Of a DNA stretch of 64,000 bases, positions 18,722 to 27,834 are shown in pieces. Within the stretch, counting starts at the first letter, position 1, and every line of letters starts with the position of its first letter. Made by a program: the position numbers and the translations under genes. A model generated the notes under the pieces. It searched no databases and was not told where the DNA came from. It worked only from the letters and a program-made list of their open reading frames with translations. The DNA lies in sequence record PQ471515.1; one strand, given 5' to 3'.

Positions 18722-18954
18722 TATTGAGTTTTGTAGTCGCATTATTGTTTATGTTCTACCCTACACTAGTAGCAGTAGCCACTAAACGAAAGCTGGTGGA
18801 TATCACTACTGTATTCTTGCTAAACGTGGCACTCGTTCTAGTGTCTATTATCATTCCCGTGAGCTTTACGGTTATTGACATGGCATCTGTATTACTATTC
18901 GTCTTCAGTTATCTTATGCTTATTGAAGAAAAACCTGTTGACAAACGTTTGTAG
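18712..18954 (+). CDS. Imm-like (superinfection immunity) membrane protein
   Basis: FYPTLVAVATKRK...VFLLNV pattern resembles the T4 Imm family. Confidence 0.45.
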   Translation: MYLVLSFVVALLFMFYPTLVAVATKRKLVDITTVFLLNVALVLVSIIIPVSFTVIDMASVLLFVFSYLMLIEEKPVDKRL

Positions 18955-18965
18955 TACTGTATAAT
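18938..18965 (+). promoter_or_regulatory. sigma70-type promoter, AGTACT subclass
   Basis: TTGACA-16-TATAAT with TAGTACTG abutting the -10. Confidence 0.7.
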
Positions 18966-19012
18966 GGTTCTTGTAGTCTGAAACTTAACACTTAAACTTG
19001 AGGATATAAAAC

Positions 19013-19339
19013 ATGTTATCAGTTCTAATTTCAATTCCTGCTCTAATTCTGTTATGGGTTATGGTTTTCGAATTCTTCATTAAAGACGAAACCGAGCGTG
19101 ATGAGTTTCGTGAGTTGTTTATGCTAGACTCACCTATTGCACGAATCTTCTTTGTTGTAGTACTTATTTCAGTACTGTCATGGTTAGTAAGTTTTGTATT
19201 ACCAATTGGACCATTTGTTTCAATTATGAATTTAGTTGAGAACATTGTTGGTATTGTATGGTTTACTAATGCATTGTTTGCTGGTAAAGTTTCCATTTGG
19301 GTTGATATCTTGAAAGATAAACTAACTAGTAAGAAGTAA
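19013..19339 (+). CDS. Hypothetical membrane protein
   Basis: GAGGA SD; 2-3 TM helices. Confidence 0.6.
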   Translation: MLSVLISIPALILLWVMVFEFFIKDETERDEFRELFMLDSPIARIFFVVVLISVLSWLVSFVLPIGPFVSIMNLVENIVGIVWFTNALFAGKVSIWVDILKDKLTSKK

Positions 19340-19417
19340 CGTTCAAAAAGTCTCTAATAGTATTAAATACTTCTGTACAAATAATATGTGCAGAAGTATT
19401 GCTCGTTAGAGGTTATA

Positions 19418-19783
19418 ATGAAAAAATATATAAGAATGATAATGGTGTTTGTAGTATTCATGCTTTATTCAAGGTTCAGTACAGCCGTACCTGCTTACCT
19501 TGATTGTATGGGAAACGATGGAACATGGCATGTACTTTCTAATGACCCACAAAATGGAAACAATATTGTCGTAGATGATGAGGTTTACCGTTTCAGGGCC
19601 GAGAGTTTGATTGGGAATAAAAAGGTATCGACATATAAATCAGATGCTGGTATAATAGCAAATGTAATATTGATAGTGGACCCCAAGACAAAGGATGGGG
19701 ATATTTACATAGTCATTTATCAAGATTCGTCGAATAAACGCGATCAGGACATTGATAAATTGAATATTCATTGTGAACTGTAA
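19418..19783 (+). CDS. Putative exported protein
   Basis: Signal peptide then YLDC; VVDDEVYRF similar to 20174 ORF. Confidence 0.6.
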   Translation: MKKYIRMIMVFVVFMLYSRFSTAVPAYLDCMGNDGTWHVLSNDPQNGNNIVVDDEVYRFRAESLIGNKKVSTYKSDAGIIANVILIVDPKTKDGDIYIVIYQDSSNKRDQDIDKLNIHCEL

Positions 19784-19793
19784 GGTATAACAA

Positions 19794-20177
19794 ATGATAA
19801 ACGATGTAATGCTTTATGTATTAATTACTCCGATTCTTATTAACTCAGTAATAACTATTTCAATGGCATTATTTGGTATAGCAGCAATTGTTTATGCTGT
19901 CAGTACTGGAAAGTATACTTTAATTAGTAAGGTTGATTCATGGTTCGCATCTGATAGTGTACCATATTCAGCTAGTATGATTACGATTGGTATTCTAATC
20001 GTTGCATTTACACTGCACTGTATTGGTTTTATTAATACAAGTATTTTTTCAGTTTTTATTGGTCTATCATTATATCCATCACTTTGGTACTTGATTTATG
20101 TAACCGATGTTTGGTATAATAACTACAAGCAGTACAAAGTGAAGAAATCCATTTTATCCAAAGGAAACAAATCATGA
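19794..20177 (+). CDS. Hypothetical membrane protein
   Basis: About 3 TM helices. Confidence 0.6.
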   Translation: MINDVMLYVLITPILINSVITISMALFGIAAIVYAVSTGKYTLISKVDSWFASDSVPYSASMITIGILIVAFTLHCIGFINTSIFSVFIGLSLYPSLWYLIYVTDVWYNNYKQYKVKKSILSKGNKS

Positions 20178-20524
20178 AAGTAATTTTGTTTTTTGTTTGT
20201 ATGATTATATGTGGTATGTCTTATGCAGAACCATTACCTGGACTAGTCTGTACTGAAGGTGATATTAAACACATTTACCAAGGTGATAGCGATGACCATA
20301 CTATCGTTTATATCGACGGTGAAGTGTATAATTTTGTTAAAGAACATACCGTAGGTGACATTAGTTTTACGCAGTACTCGAACGATACTGATCCCAATAT
20401 GCTTGCATTTCTTCAAGTTGATGTATATGAAGATAGTAATGGCGAACAGTATGTTAAACTTGTGATGATGCGTAAGGCAGCAAAACAGGCATCATTCGGT
20501 GGCTTGTGTAAATATGAGGACTAA
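20174..20524 (+). CDS. Putative exported protein
   Basis: Signal peptide ending SYA-EP, then GLVC; YIDGEVYNF. Confidence 0.6.
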   Translation: MKVILFFVCMIICGMSYAEPLPGLVCTEGDIKHIYQGDSDDHTIVYIDGEVYNFVKEHTVGDISFTQYSNDTDPNMLAFLQVDVYEDSNGEQYVKLVMMRKAAKQASFGGLCKYED

Positions 20525-20528
20525 ACAT

Positions 20529-20720
20529 ATGTTGATTTATCAATGTGATAACATTCGTGTTATGCAGCATCCCTACTTACAAATCTTTGATGTGCAGCAG
20601 TATATGGAAGGTGATGACCCAAGAACCTATGGTCGTAAGTATGATTACTTCACTGTAAAGCAGTGTCGTAACATCAAAGAAGTACGACAATTAGTTCAAG
20701 AACTTCAAAATAAAGGTTGA
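20529..20720 (+). CDS. Small hypothetical protein
   Basis: GAGGA SD; TGA stop lies within downstream cassette. Confidence 0.55.
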   Translation: MLIYQCDNIRVMQHPYLQIFDVQQYMEGDDPRTYGRKYDYFTVKQCRNIKEVRQLVQELQNKG

Positions 20721-20746
20721 CTTCGGTCAGCCTTTTTTGTTATAAT
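20712..20746 (+). promoter_or_regulatory. Terminator/promoter repeat cassette
   Basis: GGTTGAC-TTCG-GTCAGCC-T6; TTGACT-18-TATAAT. Confidence 0.85.
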
Positions 20747-20775
20747 TATTTCATCAAATACTGGGGATTTTAATT

Positions 20776-21216
20776 ATGTACGTATATCGTTTTGAACTTA
20801 AATTCAGTTATATTGAACCTAACTTAGATCCAGCAAAAACAGTAGGTCCGTTCGCACGGTACTCTTCACGATACAGTACTAAAAATGGATTTGACCGTTT
20901 GTGCATGACCACGCCTTCGCAATTCCAACCAGAACCAACTGAAGATGGAATCTATTCAATCAAACGTGGCTGGGCATTTGGCTGTCAGAGTTTGAATGAT
21001 TTGTTTAAGTTCTTTACTATGGACTTGGGTAAATTACATCGTGCAGGGTTTGCTGTATCAGTATATGAAGTTCCTGATAGTCATGTTGACATTGGTCGTA
21101 GTCAGGTTCAGTACTATTGTGGTAGTGCCAATCTGGTTCGTATCATGTCAGTGAAAGAAGCAAAGGATGAGTATCGCCAAAGTAAAAGAGTAATACATGA
21201 GGCTGTATATGGATAA
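20776..21216 (+). CDS. Phage hypothetical protein
   Basis: 146 aa; first gene after cassette. Confidence 0.65.
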   Translation: MYVYRFELKFSYIEPNLDPAKTVGPFARYSSRYSTKNGFDRLCMTTPSQFQPEPTEDGIYSIKRGWAFGCQSLNDLFKFFTMDLGKLHRAGFAVSVYEVPDSHVDIGRSQVQYYCGSANLVRIMSVKEAKDEYRQSKRVIHEAVYG

Positions 21217-21553
21217 GACTCAAATAGAATTAAAAAAATTTGTTTCGTTTTATCTACCCAATGACCCACGTTGTACACAATATGATGTTGCATATTACAA
21301 TGCATTGACTACACAGTTAATGAAGAAATTCAAACAGTGTTTGACTGTATTCAATGATGATGGTAGACGTAGATATAGAATCATTCCAATGAATGATGAA
21401 AACGATAACTACTTTGACTTTGATGTTGTTTTTCGAGCATACAATGATGATAGAATAAAATTAAATTATGAGCAAATAATGCTTGACCTCAGTGTTATCT
21501 GTGTTATAATTACTCACATAGCCGAACTTGATGGTTTAAAAGAATGGTATTAA
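21209..21553 (+). CDS. Hypothetical protein
   Basis: GAGG SD at 21199. Confidence 0.6.
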   Translation: MDKTQIELKKFVSFYLPNDPRCTQYDVAYYNALTTQLMKKFKQCLTVFNDDGRRRYRIIPMNDENDNYFDFDVVFRAYNDDRIKLNYEQIMLDLSVICVIITHIAELDGLKEWY

Positions 21554-21567
21554 CTTAGAGGATAATC

Positions 21568-21834
21568 ATGAAGCTTAAATTACAATACAATGGTTTTACT
21601 TTGCGTAACGACACTGAGTTTGTCAATCGTTCACCAGGTGCTGAGTTGTTTTTGCGAGAGATGAACATTCCTTTCGTCATCACTACTGTTGGTGACCGTG
21701 AAGTGCTACAATACGCAGAGCATCCAGTTATTGATGTTCCGTGGTATTCTGAGCATATGTATATGGATATGGCCCGTCGCTACGACTGTAAGTTCGTAGT
21801 TGAAGGTGATAAAATTACAGTCCAATTCAAATAA
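21568..21834 (+). CDS. Hypothetical protein
   Basis: GAGGA SD. Confidence 0.65.
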   Translation: MKLKLQYNGFTLRNDTEFVNRSPGAELFLREMNIPFVITTVGDREVLQYAEHPVIDVPWYSEHMYMDMARRYDCKFVVEGDKITVQFK

Positions 21835-21845
21835 GGTAACTTAAA

Positions 21846-22139
21846 ATGATCAGTACTTCAGTAAATGCAAGCATCGTGGCAGACGTAGAAATGGTTAAAG
21901 AATGTACAGACGAAACCCTTCGCAACATGTACATCAATGATTTGATTTCAGAGTACGGAAGTCGTGGTGTTCATGAGTTTGTTCGCCTAAGCGGTGAATT
22001 GATGAAGAATCGCATTCGTATGAAGCTTAATGTGCATCCAAAAGCATGGGCGTTTACAATGAAGTACGCTGAAGATATTGTTGAGTTGCGTCGCAATGAT
22101 GTGTATAATCGTTTACACAATGGTACATTAAAGGACTAA
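21846..22139 (+). CDS. Hypothetical protein
   Basis: AAGG SD; followed by hairpin. Confidence 0.65.
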   Translation: MISTSVNASIVADVEMVKECTDETLRNMYINDLISEYGSRGVHEFVRLSGELMKNRIRMKLNVHPKAWAFTMKYAEDIVELRRNDVYNRLHNGTLKD

Positions 22140-22144
22140 ATTAT

Positions 22145-22176
22145 AGGAATCCGTAAAAGGATTCCTGTTCTTGTTT
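22145..22176 (+). terminator. Putative intrinsic terminator
   Basis: AGGAATCC-GTAAAA-GGATTCCT followed by GTTCTTGTTT. Confidence 0.6.
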
Positions 22177-22189
22177 ATAAGGTAATAAA

Positions 22190-22414
22190 ATGAAATATCT
22201 AGTACTAGTACTGCTATTCTTGAGTACTGTTGTATGTGCTAAACCAAAGTATCATGTAGTGTGTATCAACGAGATGGAAGGATATACTGAAACATATAAG
22301 AACCATATTGTTGAAGTTGCAGCCCAAGGTTCCTATGGGACCATCATCTTCCTTAAGAACAATGTGATTGTTCAGTACAAAAAAGATTCAAATTGTAAAG
22401 TGACTAAAAAATGA
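22190..22414 (+). CDS. Small putative exported protein
   Basis: Signal peptide ending VCA-KP. Confidence 0.6.
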   Translation: MKYLVLVLLFLSTVVCAKPKYHVVCINEMEGYTETYKNHIVEVAAQGSYGTIIFLKNNVIVQYKKDSNCKVTKK

Positions 22415-22484
22415 TCTAGATCAATTTTTCAGATATTCTCTGTAAATAATAGCAGTACAGAACATTATTTTACGGAGGTGTAAT

Positions 22485-22721
22485 ATGGAAACTATAATCA
22501 TCATATGTGCGTTGTTTGCATTTTTGGTAATGTGGTCACCAACATTCATTGCATATAAAATGAAAAATAAAAATGCAGAAGCAATTATGTACGTAAACTT
22601 ATGTTGCATACTAACTTATGGAATACTTTTATTCTTTACTGAATTTACATTAATCCCAGTAGTAGTTTGTTCATCAATGTTTATTTGGTTGTTTCTGCTT
22701 TATGAATCTATTAAAAAATAA
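22485..22721 (+). CDS. Imm-like (superinfection immunity) membrane protein
   Basis: WSPTFIAYKMKNKNAEAIMYVNL pattern; GGAGG SD. Confidence 0.55.
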   Translation: METIIIICALFAFLVMWSPTFIAYKMKNKNAEAIMYVNLCCILTYGILLFFTEFTLIPVVVCSSMFIWLFLLYESIKK

Positions 22722-22729
22722 AAGATATA

Positions 22730-22759
22730 GGGTTGGTAATATGCCATCCCTTTTACTTT
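22730..22759 (+). terminator. Putative intrinsic terminator
   Basis: GGGTTGG-loop-CCATCCC-TTTTACTTT. Confidence 0.55.
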
Positions 22760-22775
22760 ATGTGGGGTTTAATTA

Positions 22776-23348
22776 ATGAATAGAAAAGGTAAGTTCAAAG
22801 TATCAAAGAAGAACAAAAGTTCTAGATTTAGACCTATAACTTTAACTTTTAAGGCTAAAGAAGAATTAACTGCACTTAGTAAAAAGATAATTTCATCTAA
22901 GATTAAAGTATCATACGTAAATTCGGTAAAATTTCAGAAGGTTAAACCACAAGACAAACTCATTTCACTTATATTTAAACGTAATGATTTTGAGATATTA
23001 GTAGATGATTATAGAGCCTATAATGCTGGATTCATTCATGTCACTTGTAATACCGAACTAACTGAGTTGGAACATTTGACATGTATCATAAGTGTAGATA
23101 ACGGTGTGGTGAAGTACAATTTTTTACATTTTACCAATATCAATAATGGAATGGGTGTACAATCCAGACCTATAGTACCTACATGTGATGTGACTAATTT
23201 AGCAAAGCTCAATGAAGAAGAATATTTTCAAGAAAGCATTGTAACTGAGCATTTAGATGCTATAATAGCAACTTACAAAGAATGCATATGGGTTTTGAAT
23301 GCGATAAAGCCCAAATTGTGTTTAATGAATGTCGTTCGTGATTTATAA
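22776..23348 (+). CDS. Hypothetical protein, EE-FQ family with basic N-terminus
   Basis: NEEEYFQESIV motif; K/R-rich first 50 aa. Confidence 0.65.
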   Translation: MNRKGKFKVSKKNKSSRFRPITLTFKAKEELTALSKKIISSKIKVSYVNSVKFQKVKPQDKLISLIFKRNDFEILVDDYRAYNAGFIHVTCNTELTELEHLTCIISVDNGVVKYNFLHFTNINNGMGVQSRPIVPTCDVTNLAKLNEEEYFQESIVTEHLDAIIATYKECIWVLNAIKPKLCLMNVVRDL

Positions 23349-23361
23349 CTGGAGATGTAGT

Positions 23362-23805
23362 ATGGGTTGGATTAACGTTAATAGCATTGAACTAAATGAG
23401 CAAGACATATTTGCCTTTGTTAATTTGGTAGAGAACATTGCTATTAAAGGTCGTCTGTTTAGTTCATCGGACGGTAAAAAATGGATCTCTCTTATGAACG
23501 ACAATGGCGAGATTTATGACGTTATGCAACTACCTCATTGGGCTTATAAGAATACATCTGATGATGTGATGGCTGCTGTTATGCGTGAGTTTGAGAAGCT
23601 GCCAGGTGGTGATATTAAGAACATCGTATTCAATGCAGAACGCATGAACTACACACCAGAGCAGCTTCAACAGTTGGCAATTGCTGCCTATCAAGCTGCC
23701 ATTAAGAAACCTGAATGTGTGATATTAAAGTACACACCGAACTTGAAGTTAACACTAGAAGATATGGATTCCTTTATCTTCAGTTCAGAACTTAAACAGT
23801 ACTGA
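23362..23805 (+). CDS. Hypothetical protein
   Basis: GGAG SD at 23351; start moved to ATG 23362. Confidence 0.6.
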   Translation: MGWINVNSIELNEQDIFAFVNLVENIAIKGRLFSSSDGKKWISLMNDNGEIYDVMQLPHWAYKNTSDDVMAAVMREFEKLPGGDIKNIVFNAERMNYTPEQLQQLAIAAYQAAIKKPECVILKYTPNLKLTLEDMDSFIFSSELKQY

Positions 23806-23876
23806 TTTGACTTTGGAACAACCATTTCATATGTGATATAATCTTAAGTGTCTGTTGAAATAAACAGCACATGAAG

Positions 23877-23884
23877 TATAAATA
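23877..23884 (+). promoter_or_regulatory. T4-late-type TATAAATA box
   Basis: Exact TATAAATA 32 bp upstream of the 23917 start. Confidence 0.45.
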
Positions 23885-23916
23885 TTAAAGTAATTTATCT
23901 CTTTAAGGAGTATGAA

Positions 23917-24300
23917 ATGGTTGATAAATGGAATAAGAAAGATCCATCGCATGATGTGGATATTTCTGGAATTGATAATGCACATAAGCATAAGTATCTT
24001 GATTCACTAGGTCTACTAAAGCCTGACCAAAGTCTTGCACATGATCGTCCTTCACGCGAAAAAGCTTTCAGTTTAGAATCACTAGGCCATGAATTGAATC
24101 GTGTATTTGAAGATCATCCAATTTATGTACGTGATATCATTGAGAAACTTAAAGTGACTCCTAAAGAGCACTTCAAGGCAACAGTACACGCAGCATTCCG
24201 TGCACTACATGAAGCACTAAAGAAAACTCATAACCTTCGTAAGATTCATGATGATATCGTGAACTCTATTGAAGGCGAAAAACATAAGTTTAAAAAATAA
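23917..24300 (+). CDS. Hypothetical His/Lys-rich protein, possible late/virion-internal
   Basis: AAGGAG SD; shares DKW and YxxSLGLL motifs with 25172 ORF. Confidence 0.6.
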   Translation: MVDKWNKKDPSHDVDISGIDNAHKHKYLDSLGLLKPDQSLAHDRPSREKAFSLESLGHELNRVFEDHPIYVRDIIEKLKVTPKEHFKATVHAAFRALHEALKKTHNLRKIHDDIVNSIEGEKHKFKK

Positions 24301-24303
24301 TTA

Positions 24304-24340
24304 AAAGGGGTTGACTTCAGTCAGCCCTTTGTCGTATAAT
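24304..24340 (+). promoter_or_regulatory. Terminator/promoter repeat cassette
   Basis: GGGTTGAC-TTCA-GTCAGCCC-TTT; TTGACT-18-TATAAT. Confidence 0.8.
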
Positions 24341-24387
24341 ATTTTCATCAAGTGATACAAAATACAAACAACGTGAGGTATTAAATT

Positions 24388-24501
24388 ATGCAAGGTACTA
24401 AATTCATCATCGCTGCCCTAATCGCTGCTGTTGTAGTGGGTACAGTATGTTATTCAATTGACACCTATATCAATACACCTAGTGTTGAACAAACCAAATA
24501 A
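24388..24501 (+). CDS. 37 aa single-TM peptide (not in ORF track)
   Basis: GAGG SD; MQGTKFIIAALIAAVVVGTVC. Confidence 0.5.
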   Translation: MQGTKFIIAALIAAVVVGTVCYSIDTYINTPSVEQTK

Positions 24502-24509
24502 GGGATATC

Positions 24510-24773
24510 ATGGCTGAAACATTATCACTATATGCGTTAGTACTGTTATTTGTCGGATTTCTTCCCGCACTCATTACAGCCATTCGTGTTGTTAAACATG
24601 AAGCTGCATTGATTGTATGTAGTATTGGGTCGAACATTCTATTGTATTTCTTTTTGACAAACACTATTGTACTGTTCGCTTTCTTTATCATGATTCTGTG
24701 GGTACTTGTAATTCTCGGATTCTTCATTTGGTCATTGGTTGATCCTAAGAAAAAAACAGGAGAAGTGAAATGA
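24510..24773 (+). CDS. Imm-like (superinfection immunity) membrane protein
   Basis: FLPALITAIRVVKHEAALI...IWSLV pattern. Confidence 0.45.
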   Translation: MAETLSLYALVLLFVGFLPALITAIRVVKHEAALIVCSIGSNILLYFFLTNTIVLFAFFIMILWVLVILGFFIWSLVDPKKKTGEVK

Positions 24774-25066
24774 AATTAATTATTGTAATGATGATGTTTT
24801 TGGCTTTCCCAGTACTGGCTACTCCTAATCTGGACTGCACACTGTTGCGTTCAGATGGTGACACACTTGAAATCAACACATATGAACTCTTTGGTCCAAG
24901 TGTAGTGGAGAATGAAACCACCTACAATTTCAAAGCTATTGACTTTGAAGGTAATGTTCCAGTACTAACTACAATGACTATTGACAAAACTACTTTACTC
25001 GGACGAATCACCACACAACGCGGAGAAAGTAAAACATTCACAGCGAAAGCTGACTGTAACTACTAA
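24770..25066 (+). CDS. Putative exported protein
   Basis: Signal peptide ending VLA-TP, then NLDC. Confidence 0.6.
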   Translation: MKLIIVMMMFLAFPVLATPNLDCTLLRSDGDTLEINTYELFGPSVVENETTYNFKAIDFEGNVPVLTTMTIDKTTLLGRITTQRGESKTFTAKADCNY

Positions 25067-25086
25067 TGGTATAGTACAGTGAAAAT

Positions 25087-25126
25087 AGGGTTGACTTCGG
25101 TCAACCTTTTCTTTATACTATAAATA
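25087..25126 (+). promoter_or_regulatory. Terminator/promoter cassette with overlapping TATAAATA
   Basis: GGTTGAC-TTCG-GTCAACC-T4; TTGACT-17-TATACT; TATAAATA at 25119-25126. Confidence 0.75.
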
Positions 25127-25171
25127 TAGTCATAGAGAATAAACAATATGAAATCTATGGAGAGAAATCAA

Positions 25172-26659
25172 ATGCCAGGTCAATTTACTGATAAAAATGG
25201 CGGGAACATGGCAGGTCACTCTGATAAATGGAGTGAACGCAATCGTCGTCAAAATAGCTACCAAGCAGGACAGGGGTCACGTGGTTCACGTAATCAAGGG
25301 ACAGGTTTAGCTGGTAAGGCAAACGCAGAAGCAGGTGAAGTTAAGAGTACTGAGAACATGACTGAACTAGAAAAGCTACGTTATGTTAACTCATTGGGTC
25401 TTCTTAACGCAACACAGAAACAACGCCTTGCTGATATGGAACGTGCTGAAAAAGAACAAGCAGTTCCTAAAGAAGAACCAAAACCAGAAGCTCCTAAAGC
25501 AGCTAACCCTGTTAAAGAGTTATCTGATAACTTAGGTAAGATCTTTGCTAACAAACCACAGTTGATTCAGGGTATTGTCAAAGCACTACAGGCAGTTCCT
25601 AAAGAAGAACTCAAAGGTAAAGCACAAGCTGTACTTGATGCAATGAAAGGTAATAAGAGCACTGAACCTACTGAAGTATTCAGTACTATCATGCGTGCAC
25701 TTGAAGGTACACACAAAGAAGATTCCAAAGAACCTGAACAGGGTGAAGCAAGTCTTGATGGTATTCTTAAAACTTTTGATAATATTGGTAAAGCAGACCG
25801 TGCTAATGCCCAGCAAGTCAAGAATGTACTGGCTAAACTTGAAAACCGTTTAGAAGGTAAAGACGATAAGGTTAAGCTCGTATCAGATGCAGTTAACAGT
25901 GCACTTAAATCTTATGTACAAGGTGAGAAAAGTCGCTTCGTAACAGCTATGGATGCTGCATTCAACACTATGAAAAAGTATGAAGCAGAACATGGTGAGA
26001 AAGTGACACCTGATGGATATCTACTACGTAAAGATGAAGAAGGTGCAGTTGAACAGAAAGATGTTGAGCCTGAGCAAGAAGATCTACCTGATACCGTTGA
26101 TATGGATGGATACATTCATCGTCCTGAGATGGAAGAGTTTGGGTCAGATAAAGAAGGTTTTGAACATGCAATGGAAGTATATAAAGCATTAGTTAAAAAT
26201 CCAGATTATGCTAACCGTTTTGTTGACGAGTTTGATAGTGCATGGAATAACTATAAAGACAAAGGTTATGACTTCCCTGCTGAAGCTGCATTCTTTGAAC
26301 TTGGTAAACTATTAGCTAAACATGGAATTGACGTTGGTTCATCTGATTCTGATGGTATGGAAGAAGAACATCTTGAAATGACTGATAAATCAATTCATGA
26401 ACTTCAAAAGTTAATGATGTGGATATCCGAGATTGGTAAAAAAGCAGGTGCTGATAGTAAAAGTATCAACAAAAATATTAGTTGGATTAAAGATAATGTT
26501 GGTAACAATGCTCGTAAACTTCAAAAGGCTTGGGCTGATTTAGTAAATGGTGCAGATGATGTTGACATTGAATCACCAGAAGCATATGAGTATGCACTAA
26601 CTACACTTGATAACTCATTCAAAGAGTACGACCGTGGTGTTGGAAAGGATAAAAAATAA
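25172..26659 (+). CDS. Large charged helical protein, possible virion-internal
   Basis: About 495 aa E/K/A/D-rich; GGAG SD at 25159 favours ATG 25172 over the track start 25148. Confidence 0.6.
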   Translation: MPGQFTDKNGGNMAGHSDKWSERNRRQNSYQAGQGSRGSRNQGTGLAGKANAEAGEVKSTENMTELEKLRYVNSLGLLNATQKQRLADMERAEKEQAVPKEEPKPEAPKAANPVKELSDNLGKIFANKPQLIQGIVKALQAVPKEELKGKAQAVLDAMKGNKSTEPTEVFSTIMRALEGTHKEDSKEPEQGEASLDGILKTFDNIGKADRANAQQVKNVLAKLENRLEGKDDKVKLVSDAVNSALKSYVQGEKSRFVTAMDAAFNTMKKYEAEHGEKVTPDGYLLRKDEEGAVEQKDVEPEQEDLPDTVDMDGYIHRPEMEEFGSDKEGFEHAMEVYKALVKNPDYANRFVDEFDSAWNNYKDKGYDFPAEAAFFELGKLLAKHGIDVGSSDSDGMEEEHLEMTDKSIHELQKLMMWISEIGKKAGADSKSINKNISWIKDNVGNNARKLQKAWADLVNGADDVDIESPEAYEYALTTLDNSFKEYDRGVGKDKK

Positions 26660-26666
26660 ACATTTA

Positions 26667-26701
26667 AAAGGTTGACTTCGGTCAACCTTTTTTTGTAAAT
26701 A
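26667..26701 (+). terminator. cUUCGg terminator cassette followed by TAAATA
   Basis: AAAAGGTTGAC-TTCG-GTCAACCTTTT; no sigma70 -10, but TTTTG-TAAATA as in the array promoters. Confidence 0.8.
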
Positions 26702-26730
26702 TTGTAGAGGGTTTTATAAGAGGTAATGCA

Positions 26731-27343
26731 ATGTTTAAATATGTTTTATTTTCACTTGTATTGTTTACTGATATAGTTTATAGTACTGAATACCAGTGCT
26801 CCATTGCTAGACAGGAGTTTAGAAACGGTGAGTTCTATACCAAGTCTTACACTAGAGGATTGGTACATGACAATAATAAAACTATAGGGTTCAATGCATT
26901 TGATAACAAAGATCGATATACGTCTGGAATACTATCTGAACGTAAGTCGGATATACTAGGTATCGAGCGTGAATTCCGGTGACACGGTTGCAATGTGTAA
27001 TGATATTGAGAGTACTAAGAAAGTATATACTAATGGTGAAAATACTTTTAGATTCCACAATCTTACTACCAATGAAAGTTTATACTTCTACAACTGTAAA
27101 GAGTTCATTAAACCTGTGGATAACTCATGTGATATGCCGGAGCCAAAAACTGCTGTATGTGAGGAACCACAATCTAAAGCTGACAAAGATTCAAAAGATA
27201 AGAAAGACAAAGCTGACAAATCGGATAAAAAAGAAAACAAAAAGAAAGCTAAAGATGATAAAGATAAAAAGTCCCCTAAGCCAAATCCATTTGAAAAGCC
27301 AAAGAATGAAAAGCCAAAACCAGACATGACATGTAAAATATAA
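26731..27343 (+). pseudogene. Exported protein apparently split by a +1 frameshift near 26960-26982
   Basis: Signal-peptide ORF 26731-26982 plus overlapping ORF 26969-27343 together resemble the layout of 27410-27823. Confidence 0.4.
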
Positions 27344-27346
27344 AAG

Positions 27347-27383
27347 AAAAGGGTTGACTTCGGTCGGCCCTTTTTGCTATAAT
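27347..27383 (+). promoter_or_regulatory. Terminator/promoter repeat cassette
   Basis: GGGTTGAC-TTCG-GTCGGCCC-T5; TTGACT-18-TATAAT. Confidence 0.85.
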
Positions 27384-27409
27384 CATTTTATCAACTACTG
27401 GAGGCAAAC

Positions 27410-27823
27410 ATGTTAAAAGTTATTTTCCGTTCTATCAGTTCATTACTTCTTATGATTAGTTCAGTTTGTTATGCAAATGAAGTATCTGATTTATTTGAGA
27501 AGAATTACCCAACTGCACAAGAGATGGGTGTTTTAAAATGCAAGCTAACTTCGTACAACATCATCGGCAGTAAACTTGTACTGGAACATGAACGTAGTAC
27601 ACCAATCCCTCTAGTAGAAGAAGGTAGTACCTTTAGCTTCAAGTACGGGGTGAACGTAACATCTGGTGTAATGAACAATGTTGATGCAGAGACTGGTTCA
27701 ACATGGAGTACTAGTGGCAAAGATGTGTTTCATCGTATGCGTGAAAATGGTAAACTAAAGTACGTATATGAAAGTTCATTCATGAAACGTGTATTCATTA
27801 TAAAAAATTGTGTACCAGCATAA
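27410..27823 (+). CDS. Putative exported protein
   Basis: GGAGG SD; signal peptide ending CYA-NE; two Cys. Confidence 0.65.
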   Translation: MLKVIFRSISSLLLMISSVCYANEVSDLFEKNYPTAQEMGVLKCKLTSYNIIGSKLVLEHERSTPIPLVEEGSTFSFKYGVNVTSGVMNNVDAETGSTWSTSGKDVFHRMRENGKLKYVYESSFMKRVFIIKNCVPA

Positions 27824-27834
27824 GGAACAACATC

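Noticed and set aside
27165-27330. AAAGA(T/C)AA-rich stretch as a DNA tandem repeat or regulatory element
   Set aside because: Explained by a low-complexity Lys/Asp protein tail; no fixed period.
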